Positions 16,451-25,953 of a stretch of DNA of 64,000 bases are shown piece by piece. A program made the translations under genes and the position numbers. The stretch comes from SAR202 cluster bacterium (GTDB lineage: Bacteria > Chloroflexota > Dehalococcoidia > Lucifugimonadales > UBA2962), in NCBI GenBank assembly GCA_022447925.1, contig JAKUTS010000001.1, positions 79,892 to 143,891 on the forward strand. The letters are read 5' to 3'. Numbering within the stretch: the first letter of the stretch is position 1; each line of letters opens with the position of its first letter. The notes beneath the pieces are model-generated. The model ran no database searches, was not told the DNA's origin, and worked only from the letters and a program-made list of their open reading frames with translations.

Positions 16451-18838
16451 TTGAGTGAACCTTTAATTTGGATCCTCATGATTGAACTTATAGGGATAGT
16501 TGCGTTTCCTATAACCTTTTTGCTGTGCAGGTGGCTGCCCGATAGGGGTATTGCATTGTCTATCCCGATGGGTTTGGTTATTGCAGCATATTTGTCATGG
16601 GTTTTGAGTTACACTGATATCGTCCCGGCAAGTGGCTTCGGACCAGCTCTATCGATAATAATTATCGCTATTCCATCTATCTACATATTTTCGCGTTACA
16701 GAAAAGAAATTATTGAACATCTACGAAGCCATGTTTGGTTGATTGTAGTTACACAATTGATATTTTTAGCACTATTTTTCTTTTGGACTCTTTATAGATT
16801 TTACGATCCGTCAATATCTCATACAGAGCAGCCGATGGATATGGCCTTCTTGAGCGCATCCATGAGAACTGATTTTGCCCCTCCAGAGGATCCATGGCTC
16901 AGAGGTGAGTCGATTAGCTATTACTATTTTGGCTATTGGATCGTAGCCTTTTTCGCTAACCTGGTGAATACAAAAGCTAGCATCGCTTATAATTTAGCAC
17001 TTTCTTTAATTCCTGCCATAACATCTGTGGGAGTAATCGGATTAGTATATAACATCATAAAAATTGATGGAGGCAAAATTAAATTTGCCATATTGGCGGG
17101 ACTAATTTCATCGATTGCTCTCCTAGCAGCCTCTAACTTAGAAGGAGCATTGGAATTTCTTAGATTTAATGGTATTGGTAGCGAGTCGTTTTGGGATTGG
17201 ATTTCAATTGATGGCATTACTGGACCTATAGTTAATCTAACGGATAGCTGGCGACCTACGGAATTTTGGTGGTGGTGGCGAGCAACTCGAGTTATAAATG
17301 TATTTGAAAATGGAGTGGGACTCGATTATACAATTCATGAATTTCCTTTATTCTCGGGCTTACTAGGAGATTTGCATCCACACTTTTTGTCTCTGCCGTT
17401 CGTGACCTTATTTTTGGGCTTGGTTGCTAATTTTGTTGTGAGTTCACGAACCATGATGCCTGGAGTTAGTCTTATATCTAATTTACCGATTAAAAAAGTA
17501 GTAATCGCTTATGCTACAGCTTTTAGGAATAATGGCCCTCAACTTATCTTTTTAGGGTTTATTTTGGGAGCCCTTGGCTTCATTAATGCCTGGGACTTAC
17601 CTATATTCGGTTTAGTTTTTGTTGGGGCTGTGTTTTTTAAAATCTATAAAGATCAGGGCGATTCAATTACAGAAATTGTCATTAGAGCCTTACCAATATT
17701 CGTAATCGTATTTTCAGCGACATTGTTACTATATGCCCCATATTATTTTTATTTCCAAAGTCAATTTTCCGGCCTGTCTCCCGTAACAGATATTACTTCA
17801 AGACCCATACATTTTTTCATTGTTTGGGGATTATTTATGATGTTAGTTATTCCATTTGTTTTATATGTTTTTGCCAAGTCAAAATTAAGATATGGATGGT
17901 TTAATAAAATCTGTATAGCGGCTTTAATCGCGATACTGCCGTTCGTATTCTGGTTAATTTTGATTGCGTGGACTGGCAGTTCAGAGGTTATGATACTGAG
18001 TCGATTTATTAAATTGCTACCCATTATGATAGTTATATTTATGTCTGCTTATTCCGTGTTGTATATGCTTCGAGATGGCCTGATTGGTGGATCTAAAACA
18101 GTAGGACTGGCTTTAACTATGATTTTAGTTTGTGCAAGTTTTACTTTAATAATGATTCCAGAGTTGATTATAGTTAGCGACCAGTTCGGGAGCAGGATGA
18201 ATACTGTGTTTAAATTGTATTATCAGGCATGGATACTACTGTCGATTTCTTTTGGAACTGCAGCGTACTACATTGGTTATTTATTAATAAAATCTAATGG
18301 AGTACAAAAATTGATAGCAGCCAGTTTCGGTTGTGTTTTAGTTGTTTTACTTTCAATCTGTTTATACTATGCTCCGGCAGCAGCATTTACAAAAGTTGAT
18401 ACAAGTGACATCAAAAGCTTAGATGGATTGGATTACATAAAAAACAAAAACCCGGATGAGTTGGCGGCAATCAACTTTTTAATTAATTCATCTAATAAAC
18501 ATGATGCATTAGTTGAAGCAGTCGGGACATCTTATAGCGAATATGGCAGAATTTCTTCTAGTACAGGAATACCGACAATTCTGGGTTGGCCCGCACATGA
18601 AATACAATGGAGAGGTTCTGATTTAGGTTTATCTCAGCGTGCGAATGATGTTGAGAGGATTTATCAGGGTTTAGATCCCAAAGAGACATATGCCTTATTA
18701 GACAAGTATAACGTGAATTATATATATGTTGGACCACGAGAGCGGCGAAAATATGGAATTAGCGGGCTTGAGAAATTTGAAACTTTTATGATTAAAGTGT
18801 TCGATGCTGACACCGTAGCTATTTATAAGATTAGGTAA
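16451..18838 (+). CDS. DUF2298 / Chlor_Arch_YYY (TIGR03662-type) polytopic membrane protein
   Basis: 795 aa and highly hydrophobic. Carries the diagnostic motif GESISYYYFGYW (YYY at nt 16919-16927). The soluble C-terminal domain ends NVNYIYVGPRERRKYG. GGAGG lies 5 nt before the TTG start. Confidence 0.85.
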   Translation: MSEPLIWILMIELIGIVAFPITFLLCRWLPDRGIALSIPMGLVIAAYLSWVLSYTDIVPASGFGPALSIIIIAIPSIYIFSRYRKEIIEHLRSHVWLIVVTQLIFLALFFFWTLYRFYDPSISHTEQPMDMAFLSASMRTDFAPPEDPWLRGESISYYYFGYWIVAFFANLVNTKASIAYNLALSLIPAITSVGVIGLVYNIIKIDGGKIKFAILAGLISSIALLAASNLEGALEFLRFNGIGSESFWDWISIDGITGPIVNLTDSWRPTEFWWWWRATRVINVFENGVGLDYTIHEFPLFSGLLGDLHPHFLSLPFVTLFLGLVANFVVSSRTMMPGVSLISNLPIKKVVIAYATAFRNNGPQLIFLGFILGALGFINAWDLPIFGLVFVGAVFFKIYKDQGDSITEIVIRALPIFVIVFSATLLLYAPYYFYFQSQFSGLSPVTDITSRPIHFFIVWGLFMMLVIPFVLYVFAKSKLRYGWFNKICIAALIAILPFVFWLILIAWTGSSEVMILSRFIKLLPIMIVIFMSAYSVLYMLRDGLIGGSKTVGLALTMILVCASFTLIMIPELIIVSDQFGSRMNTVFKLYYQAWILLSISFGTAAYYIGYLLIKSNGVQKLIAASFGCVLVVLLSICLYYAPAAAFTKVDTSDIKSLDGLDYIKNKNPDELAAINFLINSSNKHDALVEAVGTSYSEYGRISSSTGIPTILGWPAHEIQWRGSDLGLSQRANDVERIYQGLDPKETYALLDKYNVNYIYVGPRERRKYGISGLEKFETFMIKVFDADTVAIYKIR

Positions 18839-18845
18839 GTTCTCT

Positions 18846-21056
18846 TTGAATAAAATTTTAACAACAGATGCCAACAGGTTAAAAACTAAGCTATCTATTC
18901 GAGTATATATTCAGATATTTCTTAACCTACTAAAAACGATCATACAAAGTTTTAAGACCAATCGAATTGAGGTATTAGCCTATTTCACCCTGGTTGTTGG
19001 CGCAGGCATAATGCGTTTTTGGGATTTGGGATCCAGGGCCTTACATCATGATGAAAGCTTGCATGCTTATTTTTCATGGCAATTATCTATTGGAAATGGC
19101 TATGTTCATAATCCTATGATGCATGGCCCGCTCCAATTTGAACTCAATGCTGTACTTTTCTATATTTTTGGAGTTACAGATGTTACAGCGAGGAGCTTAT
19201 ATGCTGTATTCGGAGTTTTATTAGTCGTTTGCCCTTTACTGTTGAGAGATAAACTGGGCAGAGCGGGTTGTTTTATCGCAGCGCTCTTACTAGCTTTTTC
19301 TCCGGCACTGCTATACTTCAGTCGATTTGCCAGGAACGATATTCTTATAGCTGTGTGGACGTTTGCTCTAATAGCGTTTCTATGGCGTTATTTGGATTCC
19401 GGAAAAAACAGATATTTGTTTGGGACGGCCTTTGCTTTGGCTTTATCATTTTCATCTAAAGAAAGCACTTATTTTACCGTAGCTATTCTTTCTATATATT
19501 TGGGATTTATTTTGATCCGAAGAAACTTACATTTGATATATAGACAAAATAATCTTTATGGAATTCCAATCATACAAGTCATTCTAATATTAGTTAATTC
19601 ACTTTATACAAATCTGAAAAGGTCTATATCACTCCGAAATAGTTCCCGTGAAACAGTATTTTTAATTGTCTTATGGAGTATCTCTCTGCCACTTTGGTCT
19701 GGTTTTATTTCTATTTTTCAAATCGCTGGTTCTAATCTAGTACTTGCTTCTGAAATTGGACCAAATATTGGATCCCCGTCTGGTGGTGGGTTATTAATTG
19801 CAGGTATATTAATAGGAATTTGCTTTTTGGCCGGCTGTATTATTGGTCTTCGCTGGAATTGGAAGGCATGGATAATATGCGCGTTAATTTTTTATGTTCC
19901 GTGGATATTGTTCCACACTACTTTTTTGAACAATATGAACGGTGTTGGATCCGGATTATGGCAATCTCTTGGATATTGGGTAGTACAACAGGGGGAAAGT
20001 CGAGGAAATCAACCAGCATATTACTATTTGCTAATCGTCATGCTATATGAATTTCTGCCGTTATCAGTTTCGCTGACATCGGTTATCTACTATTTCAAGA
20101 AGAAAGAACCATTTGCTAAATTCTTAATATTTTGGTCAATAGCCACCTTATTAATATATACAATAGCCAGCGAGAAAATGCCCTGGCTTTTGGTTCATAT
20201 AGCCTTACCTATGATAATTCTGTCCGGAAAGGTTCTGGGCGACTACTTTAAAAACGAAACAGTATCAAAATTTATTAACGTAAAAAACTGTTCCCTCGCT
20301 TTATTAACGTTAGCATTCTTGTTTTTTGCCTGGAGGTTGGCGTTTTGGGGGGTAGACGGAAATCCTGACAATTTGTGGATTCTATTTTTATTAATTATTG
20401 GTCTAGTTTTAGTCATGTTGGGAGTTGGGTTGTTTCTAAGATTTGACCTTCACAAAACCTCGATTAAGGTGATTGGCTTGAGTGTGATTTTGATTCTGTT
20501 TGGTTTAACTGTTCGCAGCGGAGTTATAGCCACATATAAAAACGGAGACATTCCTGTAGAAATGTTGGTTTATACTCAGACTTCCCCTGATGTGCCGTCA
20601 TTAGCGAAACATATAGCTACCATAGAGGAAAAAAATGAGAGTAAGCCCACAGTTGATGTCGATTCTACCAGTGGTTTCCAATGGCCATGGGCATGGTATT
20701 TAAGAGATGTCGCCCTAGCCGGTTACCCTCAGTATGGGCAACATTCACCTTCTAGCATGATGGAACAGGAAGTTTTAATAATTCACTCTCAAAACAAATT
20801 AACGGTTCAGGAACCTTTAAAAGAAAAATACGGAGAGGGTATTCGGTTTAAGCATCGATGGTGGTTTCCCGAACATACTTATAGGGACCTTAGTTTAAAA
20901 AAGATACTTCAATCGATATTTGATCGGCATTCATGGGTAAGGTCTATGGATTATTTTATATATCGTGACCTTAATCATAATTTGTCGAGTGAAGATGCAT
21001 ATGTATACTTTGATGACTCTGAGATGCGAAAATTTAGTTCCCTTGAATTAGAATAA
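18846..21056 (+). CDS. TIGR03663-type membrane protein (PMT/ArnT-like, GT-C-like N-terminus)
   Basis: 736 aa polytopic protein. The N-terminal loop RFWDLGSRALHHDESLHAYFSW resembles the family signature. It is the known genomic partner of Chlor_Arch_YYY proteins. Start codon is uncertain. Confidence 0.8.
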   Translation: MNKILTTDANRLKTKLSIRVYIQIFLNLLKTIIQSFKTNRIEVLAYFTLVVGAGIMRFWDLGSRALHHDESLHAYFSWQLSIGNGYVHNPMMHGPLQFELNAVLFYIFGVTDVTARSLYAVFGVLLVVCPLLLRDKLGRAGCFIAALLLAFSPALLYFSRFARNDILIAVWTFALIAFLWRYLDSGKNRYLFGTAFALALSFSSKESTYFTVAILSIYLGFILIRRNLHLIYRQNNLYGIPIIQVILILVNSLYTNLKRSISLRNSSRETVFLIVLWSISLPLWSGFISIFQIAGSNLVLASEIGPNIGSPSGGGLLIAGILIGICFLAGCIIGLRWNWKAWIICALIFYVPWILFHTTFLNNMNGVGSGLWQSLGYWVVQQGESRGNQPAYYYLLIVMLYEFLPLSVSLTSVIYYFKKKEPFAKFLIFWSIATLLIYTIASEKMPWLLVHIALPMIILSGKVLGDYFKNETVSKFINVKNCSLALLTLAFLFFAWRLAFWGVDGNPDNLWILFLLIIGLVLVMLGVGLFLRFDLHKTSIKVIGLSVILILFGLTVRSGVIATYKNGDIPVEMLVYTQTSPDVPSLAKHIATIEEKNESKPTVDVDSTSGFQWPWAWYLRDVALAGYPQYGQHSPSSMMEQEVLIIHSQNKLTVQEPLKEKYGEGIRFKHRWWFPEHTYRDLSLKKILQSIFDRHSWVRSMDYFIYRDLNHNLSSEDAYVYFDDSEMRKFSSLELE

Positions 21057-21157
21057 TCAGATTATGTTTCAAATAGAGTGCTAAATTGTGTAAGGAAATT
21101 CGTAAAGCAATTTAAAAGTTCTGGCAGTCTCTTAATCGAAAAGTATATTCATAAATT

Positions 21158-22225
21158 ATGTTGAATCGTTATAAAACTTGGATTGGAATCGGACTAACTG
21201 CAATCTTGCTCATTGCTTTTCTGCTTACGGTCGATGTGGTTAAGATGTTTGATTCTTTGGTAGAAGCTAATTATGTTTTCATTTTACCAGCTATCGCGAT
21301 GTATTTTATATCTCTTTTGTTCAGAACATTGAGATGGAAAATGTTGTTAAGACACATGCAGGATATTGGTATGTCCAGGCTATATCCTGTTGTGGTTGTT
21401 GGATATATGGCCAATAATATTTTGCCAATGAGATTGGGTGAATTTGTTAGAAGTTATTATCTCAAAGAGCGTGAGGGAATAACTGTAAGTGCTGCACTAG
21501 CGACTGTACTTGTGGAGCGAGTGATTGATGCACTCACACTGTTAATTTTTATTGTTGCAATTGCCTTTATTGTTCCGCTAGGAGTAGGAGGTGTCGTAGA
21601 AGGATTAGGTGAGAGATCGGGAATTGCATGGCCGTTGATAGTTTTAGGTGCAACAATTCCATTCATACTGTGTTTCACATTGTTTATGCTTGTAGCTCGT
21701 TACCCTGAATTCACTTTGGCAATCACAGCCAAAGTTCTTTCTAGACTTCCTGTCAGGATAAAATCAGCATTAAATAATCTAGCTGAAACGTTCGTGGTAG
21801 GCCTATCGGCATTAAAAAACCCTCAGTTAATAATGGGAATGTTTATTGTTTCTATTCCTATCTGGCTGTTCGAAGCAGCGCTTTTTTACTTAATAGGCAT
21901 TTCGTTTGATTTCCAAAATAACTTAGGAGGTCATGTTAATTTAGCGCTAATTTCTGTTCTAGTGACAGCAATTACAAATATTGGAGCTTCAGTCCCTGCT
22001 GCACCAGGAGGTATTGGCTTATTTGAAATAATTGCTAGAGAAACGTTGGTTTTGATACCTTTAGGTATAATCGATAGGTCCGTAGCTGCTGGATATGCAG
22101 CAGTTGTTCATGCTACTTTACTTATACCTATTATCGTGGTCGGGCAGATAATATTGTGGTGGGACAACATATCACTTAACCGGTTATGGATTATGGGGAA
22201 AAATAATAAAGAGGATATGGATTGA
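21158..22225 (+). CDS. flippase-like / LPG-synthase-TM (UPF0104, TIGR00374-type) membrane protein
   Basis: 355 aa with about 8 TM segments. Motifs LRWKMLL and NNILPMRLGEFVRSYYL are present, with a Gly-rich late segment AAPGGIGLFE. Confidence 0.75.
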   Translation: MLNRYKTWIGIGLTAILLIAFLLTVDVVKMFDSLVEANYVFILPAIAMYFISLLFRTLRWKMLLRHMQDIGMSRLYPVVVVGYMANNILPMRLGEFVRSYYLKEREGITVSAALATVLVERVIDALTLLIFIVAIAFIVPLGVGGVVEGLGERSGIAWPLIVLGATIPFILCFTLFMLVARYPEFTLAITAKVLSRLPVRIKSALNNLAETFVVGLSALKNPQLIMGMFIVSIPIWLFEAALFYLIGISFDFQNNLGGHVNLALISVLVTAITNIGASVPAAPGGIGLFEIIARETLVLIPLGIIDRSVAAGYAAVVHATLLIPIIVVGQIILWWDNISLNRLWIMGKNNKEDMD

Positions 22226-23559
22226 AAGTAGGAATTATTGGAGCGGGAGCAGCCGGCTTAGCCGCAGCTTACGATCTGGCTCTTGCAGGTATAGAAGTAG
22301 TCGTATATGAAAAAGCTTCATTCGTTGGGGGTCAAGCGTCAACATTTGACGTCGAATCTACACCTTTAGAGCGTGGATATCATCACTTATTTACTTCTGA
22401 TACTGACATATTATCGTTGATGACGGAAATTGGTCTTGCTGATCGTATGGAATGGCATGAGTCCAAAGTTGGTATTTTTTATGGCGGCAAAATATTTAAT
22501 CTTGTTACGCCTATGGATCTTTTAAAGTTTTCCCCTTTAAGTATTATTGATCGAATACGTATGGGTTTAGTAACCATGATTTTGAAAACCAAAACAGATT
22601 GGAAAGCTCTTGAAAATGTAACTACTGATGAATGGATAAAAACCTGGGCTGGTAAAAGAGTCTATGAAGTAGTTTGGGGTCCTCTTCTACGTGGAAAATT
22701 TGGAGATCGACATTATAAAGAAATTGGCATGCCATGGTTTTGGGGGAAAATACACACTAGGTTTGCTTCACGTGGCAAGAGTATGGCTAAAGAGCTTTTA
22801 GGCTACCCTAAAGGGAGTTTCGGCGAAATTTTTGACACTTTGGCAAAAAGAATTGAGTCAATGGGGGGTAAAGTAAAATTATCTACAGGCGTTAAAAAGA
22901 TAATTATTAAGGAAGGAAAAGCCGTGGGTTTATTAATAGAATCTGATTCTGACCCCAAGAGAGAATTTACTGAAACATTTGATGCAATTTTGTCTACAAC
23001 GCCATCATTCGTGTTCCCAAAACTTGTGCCAAAAATGCCTAAAGAATATGAGAATAGGCTTACAAAGGTGCAGTACATGTCAGCAGTACTTATCATATTA
23101 ATACTAGATCGACCTCTGACTAATGTTTATTGGCTTAACGTGGCTGATCGATCAATACCGTTTGTCGGACTTATCGAGCATACAAATATGATAGATTCCT
23201 CTCTGTATGGAGACAAACATATTGTCTATTTATCAAATTACCTTAATATAGACCATCCTCTTTACAAAATGGATCATAAGCAGCTGCTAGCAGAATATTT
23301 GCCACATATAAAAAAGATTAATGCTGATTTTAATGAATCATGGATTGTCAAAACCTATTATCACAAAGTCGGAGCGGCACAACCGATAATCGGAGTTAAC
23401 TACTCACAACGTATTCCAGATCACAGAACTCCTTTCGAAAGGTTATATTTAGCCAATACTACTCAAATATACCCTGAGGATAGAGGTACTAACTATTCAG
23501 TACGCATGGGTCGTGAGGTATCAAAATTATTGTTGAAAGACTATAGTCTCGCCAAGTAG
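22222..23559 (+). CDS. FAD/NAD(P)-dependent oxidoreductase (amine-oxidase / CrtI / PPOX-like fold)
   Basis: N-terminal Rossmann KVGIIGAGAAGLAAAYDLALAGIEVVVYEKASFVGGQ. 445 aa. TTG start overlaps the upstream stop (TTGA), with AAAGAGGA upstream. Confidence 0.8.
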   Translation: MKVGIIGAGAAGLAAAYDLALAGIEVVVYEKASFVGGQASTFDVESTPLERGYHHLFTSDTDILSLMTEIGLADRMEWHESKVGIFYGGKIFNLVTPMDLLKFSPLSIIDRIRMGLVTMILKTKTDWKALENVTTDEWIKTWAGKRVYEVVWGPLLRGKFGDRHYKEIGMPWFWGKIHTRFASRGKSMAKELLGYPKGSFGEIFDTLAKRIESMGGKVKLSTGVKKIIIKEGKAVGLLIESDSDPKREFTETFDAILSTTPSFVFPKLVPKMPKEYENRLTKVQYMSAVLIILILDRPLTNVYWLNVADRSIPFVGLIEHTNMIDSSLYGDKHIVYLSNYLNIDHPLYKMDHKQLLAEYLPHIKKINADFNESWIVKTYYHKVGAAQPIIGVNYSQRIPDHRTPFERLYLANTTQIYPEDRGTNYSVRMGREVSKLLLKDYSLAK

Positions 23560-23641
23560 AAATGCGTTGTTGCGGCAATGTCTTTCTGGTAGGATCTGCT
23601 GGTAGCATTTGTGAATCATTTATCAAATTAGGAGATCAGGC

Positions 23642-24172
23642 TTGTCATCGGATGTAACGCCTAAAATAGACCCTACGCCAGATTCAGAAAAACAAGATCT
23701 CAAGGATCGTATAAATAAAGCTGTAACCACTCAGAAGAGACCAACTGTTACAGTACTTTCATCTTTACTATCTATAGAAGATGAAATGGGTTATATTCCT
23801 GCAGAAGCAATATCTATAGTTGCTGAATATAACAATTCGACTATCAATGAAGTTTGGGGAGTAGCCTCCTTTTATCCAAATTTTCGATTTGAACCGCCTT
23901 CTGAAAATACTGTAGAGGTATGTTGGGGGCCATCTTGTCATTTAGTGGGGGCAACAGATGTTATTAAGTCTGTGTTAGATGAATTGGAGCTTGATGGAGA
24001 AGGAGACACCCCAGATAAAATGGCAACCTTCAAGTTCAATACATGTTTAGGTGCTTGTCCTCAAGCTCCGGTAATGAGTATAAATCACCGAATGTACGGG
24101 AAAGTGTCAGCTAAACAAGCTAAAACTTACATTTCAGCGTTGAGAGAAGATGTAAAAGGCGCACACAAATGA
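23642..24172 (+). CDS. NuoE/FdsG-like thioredoxin-fold [2Fe-2S] subunit
   Basis: Cys pattern CWGPSCH...CLGACPQAPV is typical of NuoE/24-kDa subunits. AGGAGA lies upstream of the TTG start. Confidence 0.8.
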   Translation: MSSDVTPKIDPTPDSEKQDLKDRINKAVTTQKRPTVTVLSSLLSIEDEMGYIPAEAISIVAEYNNSTINEVWGVASFYPNFRFEPPSENTVEVCWGPSCHLVGATDVIKSVLDELELDGEGDTPDKMATFKFNTCLGACPQAPVMSINHRMYGKVSAKQAKTYISALREDVKGAHK

Positions 24173-25953
24173 GCTCCTATGAAGCACTAAAAACATTAGC
24201 CGATTCTAGGTGGGCAGAACTTACAGAGGGAAGCGTGCCTTGGATCAAAATAGGCATGTCTATGTGTTGTGGTCAAGCTTCTGGAGCATATGAAACACTT
24301 GATGCGATTAAAGAGGCATTAAATTCAGATGGGATTGAGGCAAATATCAGCGAAGTTGGATGTTTAGGGATTTGTTATGCATCTCCGGTGGTAGATATTT
24401 TATTGCCCAATAAACACCGTGCTGTATACGGTAATGTAACTCCAGATTTAGTGAAGGATCTAATTGATAGGTGCTTGGTTAAAGAAAGAATTCCTAAGAA
24501 AAACTTACTAGGCGTCGTAGATGTAGGTGGTACTAAGCTGAATGGCTTGCCCGAATTTAATGAACTGCCTCAGATTAAACTTCAAAACCGTATTGCCCTT
24601 CGAAATGCCGGGCATATTGACCCGAAAGATATATATCAGTATATAGCTCGAGGCGGCTACTTAGGATTGAATAGATCTTTATCCGATCTTAAGCCCGAAG
24701 ATGTAATCGAAGAGGTTAAATCTTCAGGGCTAAGAGGGCGCGGAGGTGCAGCATTCCCAACAGGTGTTAAGTGGAGCTTTATGACCAGAGGAGAGAAACC
24801 GAAATACATTCTCTGTAATTGTGAAGAGGGTGACCCCGGAGCCTTTAATGACAAATCTATTCTGGAAAGTGATCCGTATACTACCATTGAAGGCATGACG
24901 ATAGCTGCTTACGCTACTGGTTCCACAAATGGAATAATTTTTATAAGGCATGGTCATGATGGACCAATTAATACTACAGAAGACGCAATAAAACAGGCAT
25001 ATGAAGCTGGCTTATTGGGCAAGAACATACTCGGATCTGACTTCAGTTTTGATTTAGAAGTGTCATTAACAGGAGAATCGTATGTTGCTGGTGAGGAAAC
25101 AGCTCTTATGGAAGCAGTTGAAGGTAAAAGATCAATGCCGCGAGCAAGACCGCCTTTTCCGGCAGCATTTGGTGTTTGGGGACGTCCAAGCACTATTAAT
25201 AATGTAAAGTCTCTTTCTTATGCTCCATCTATCCTTGAACATGGATCCGAGTGGTTTTCATCTATTGGAGTAAACAAAAGCACAGGTACTGCGATTATAT
25301 GCCTGAGCGGCAACATAAAATATCCGGGTTTATATGAAGTTCCAATGGGCTTAACTATCGGTGATGTAATCGATAGTATTGGTGGGGGAGTGCCCAATGG
25401 TCGTAAATTAAAAATGTTACAAACTGGAGGCCCTCTTGGGGGTGTCTTAAGTTCGGATTCTCTTGGAATAACTTTAGATTTTGATGAGATGCGAGATGCT
25501 GGAGCGATACTTGGTTCAGGTGGGATAATAGTTGCAGATGATCGAACATGTGCAGTCGATCTTACTAGGATTCTTGTTGCTTTTTGTCAGTTTGAATCAT
25601 GTGGAAAATGTTTTCCTTGTCGCCTGGGTACCACTAATCTGTTAGAAATTGTTGAGAGAATGGCATCTAACAAAGCCAAATTAGGTGACGTCGAATTGAT
25701 GAAGCAGATCGGACAAACAATGCAAGCAGGTTCGTTGTGTGGGCATGGGCAATTAGGATTCAATCCAATTGATTCAGCAATGAAGCACTTTCAAGAAGAT
25801 TGGAGTGCTTGTGTTGATGAAGGGAAGTGTTTAACAGGGTCATGTAATAAACCGTATTTTACGCCGATAAATACTAGGCCATTTGCAGATGCTCCTATCA
25901 AAAATACGGTTCCAATTCATATTGCAAACCAAGTTGGAGAAAAACATGAGTGA
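24169..25953 (+). CDS. NuoF/FdsB-like NAD(H)-binding FMN + [4Fe-4S] subunit with extra N-terminal [2Fe-2S]-like domain
   Basis: Motifs GLRGRGGAAFPTGVKW (FMN/NADH site), CNCEEGDPGAF and ESCGKCFPCRLG...SLCGHG (N3-type cluster). The N-terminal domain has CCG...CLGICY. Confidence 0.85.
   Translation: MSSYEALKTLADSRWAELTEGSVPWIKIGMSMCCGQASGAYETLDAIKEALNSDGIEANISEVGCLGICYASPVVDILLPNKHRAVYGNVTPDLVKDLIDRCLVKERIPKKNLLGVVDVGGTKLNGLPEFNELPQIKLQNRIALRNAGHIDPKDIYQYIARGGYLGLNRSLSDLKPEDVIEEVKSSGLRGRGGAAFPTGVKWSFMTRGEKPKYILCNCEEGDPGAFNDKSILESDPYTTIEGMTIAAYATGSTNGIIFIRHGHDGPINTTEDAIKQAYEAGLLGKNILGSDFSFDLEVSLTGESYVAGEETALMEAVEGKRSMPRARPPFPAAFGVWGRPSTINNVKSLSYAPSILEHGSEWFSSIGVNKSTGTAIICLSGNIKYPGLYEVPMGLTIGDVIDSIGGGVPNGRKLKMLQTGGPLGGVLSSDSLGITLDFDEMRDAGAILGSGGIIVADDRTCAVDLTRILVAFCQFESCGKCFPCRLGTTNLLEIVERMASNKAKLGDVELMKQIGQTMQAGSLCGHGQLGFNPIDSAMKHFQEDWSACVDEGKCLTGSCNKPYFTPINTRPFADAPIKNTVPIHIANQVGEKHE

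Noticed and set aside
25883-25945. Track start codon ATG 25883 for the NuoG-like gene (N-terminus MQMLLSKIRFQFILQTKLEKN).
   Set aside because: It lies 71 nt inside the nuoF-like gene and has no RBS. ATG 25946 has GGAGA 5 nt upstream, overlaps the nuoF-like stop (ATGAGTGA), and gives the typical 2Fe-2S N-terminus MSEDLVINIDGKEI.
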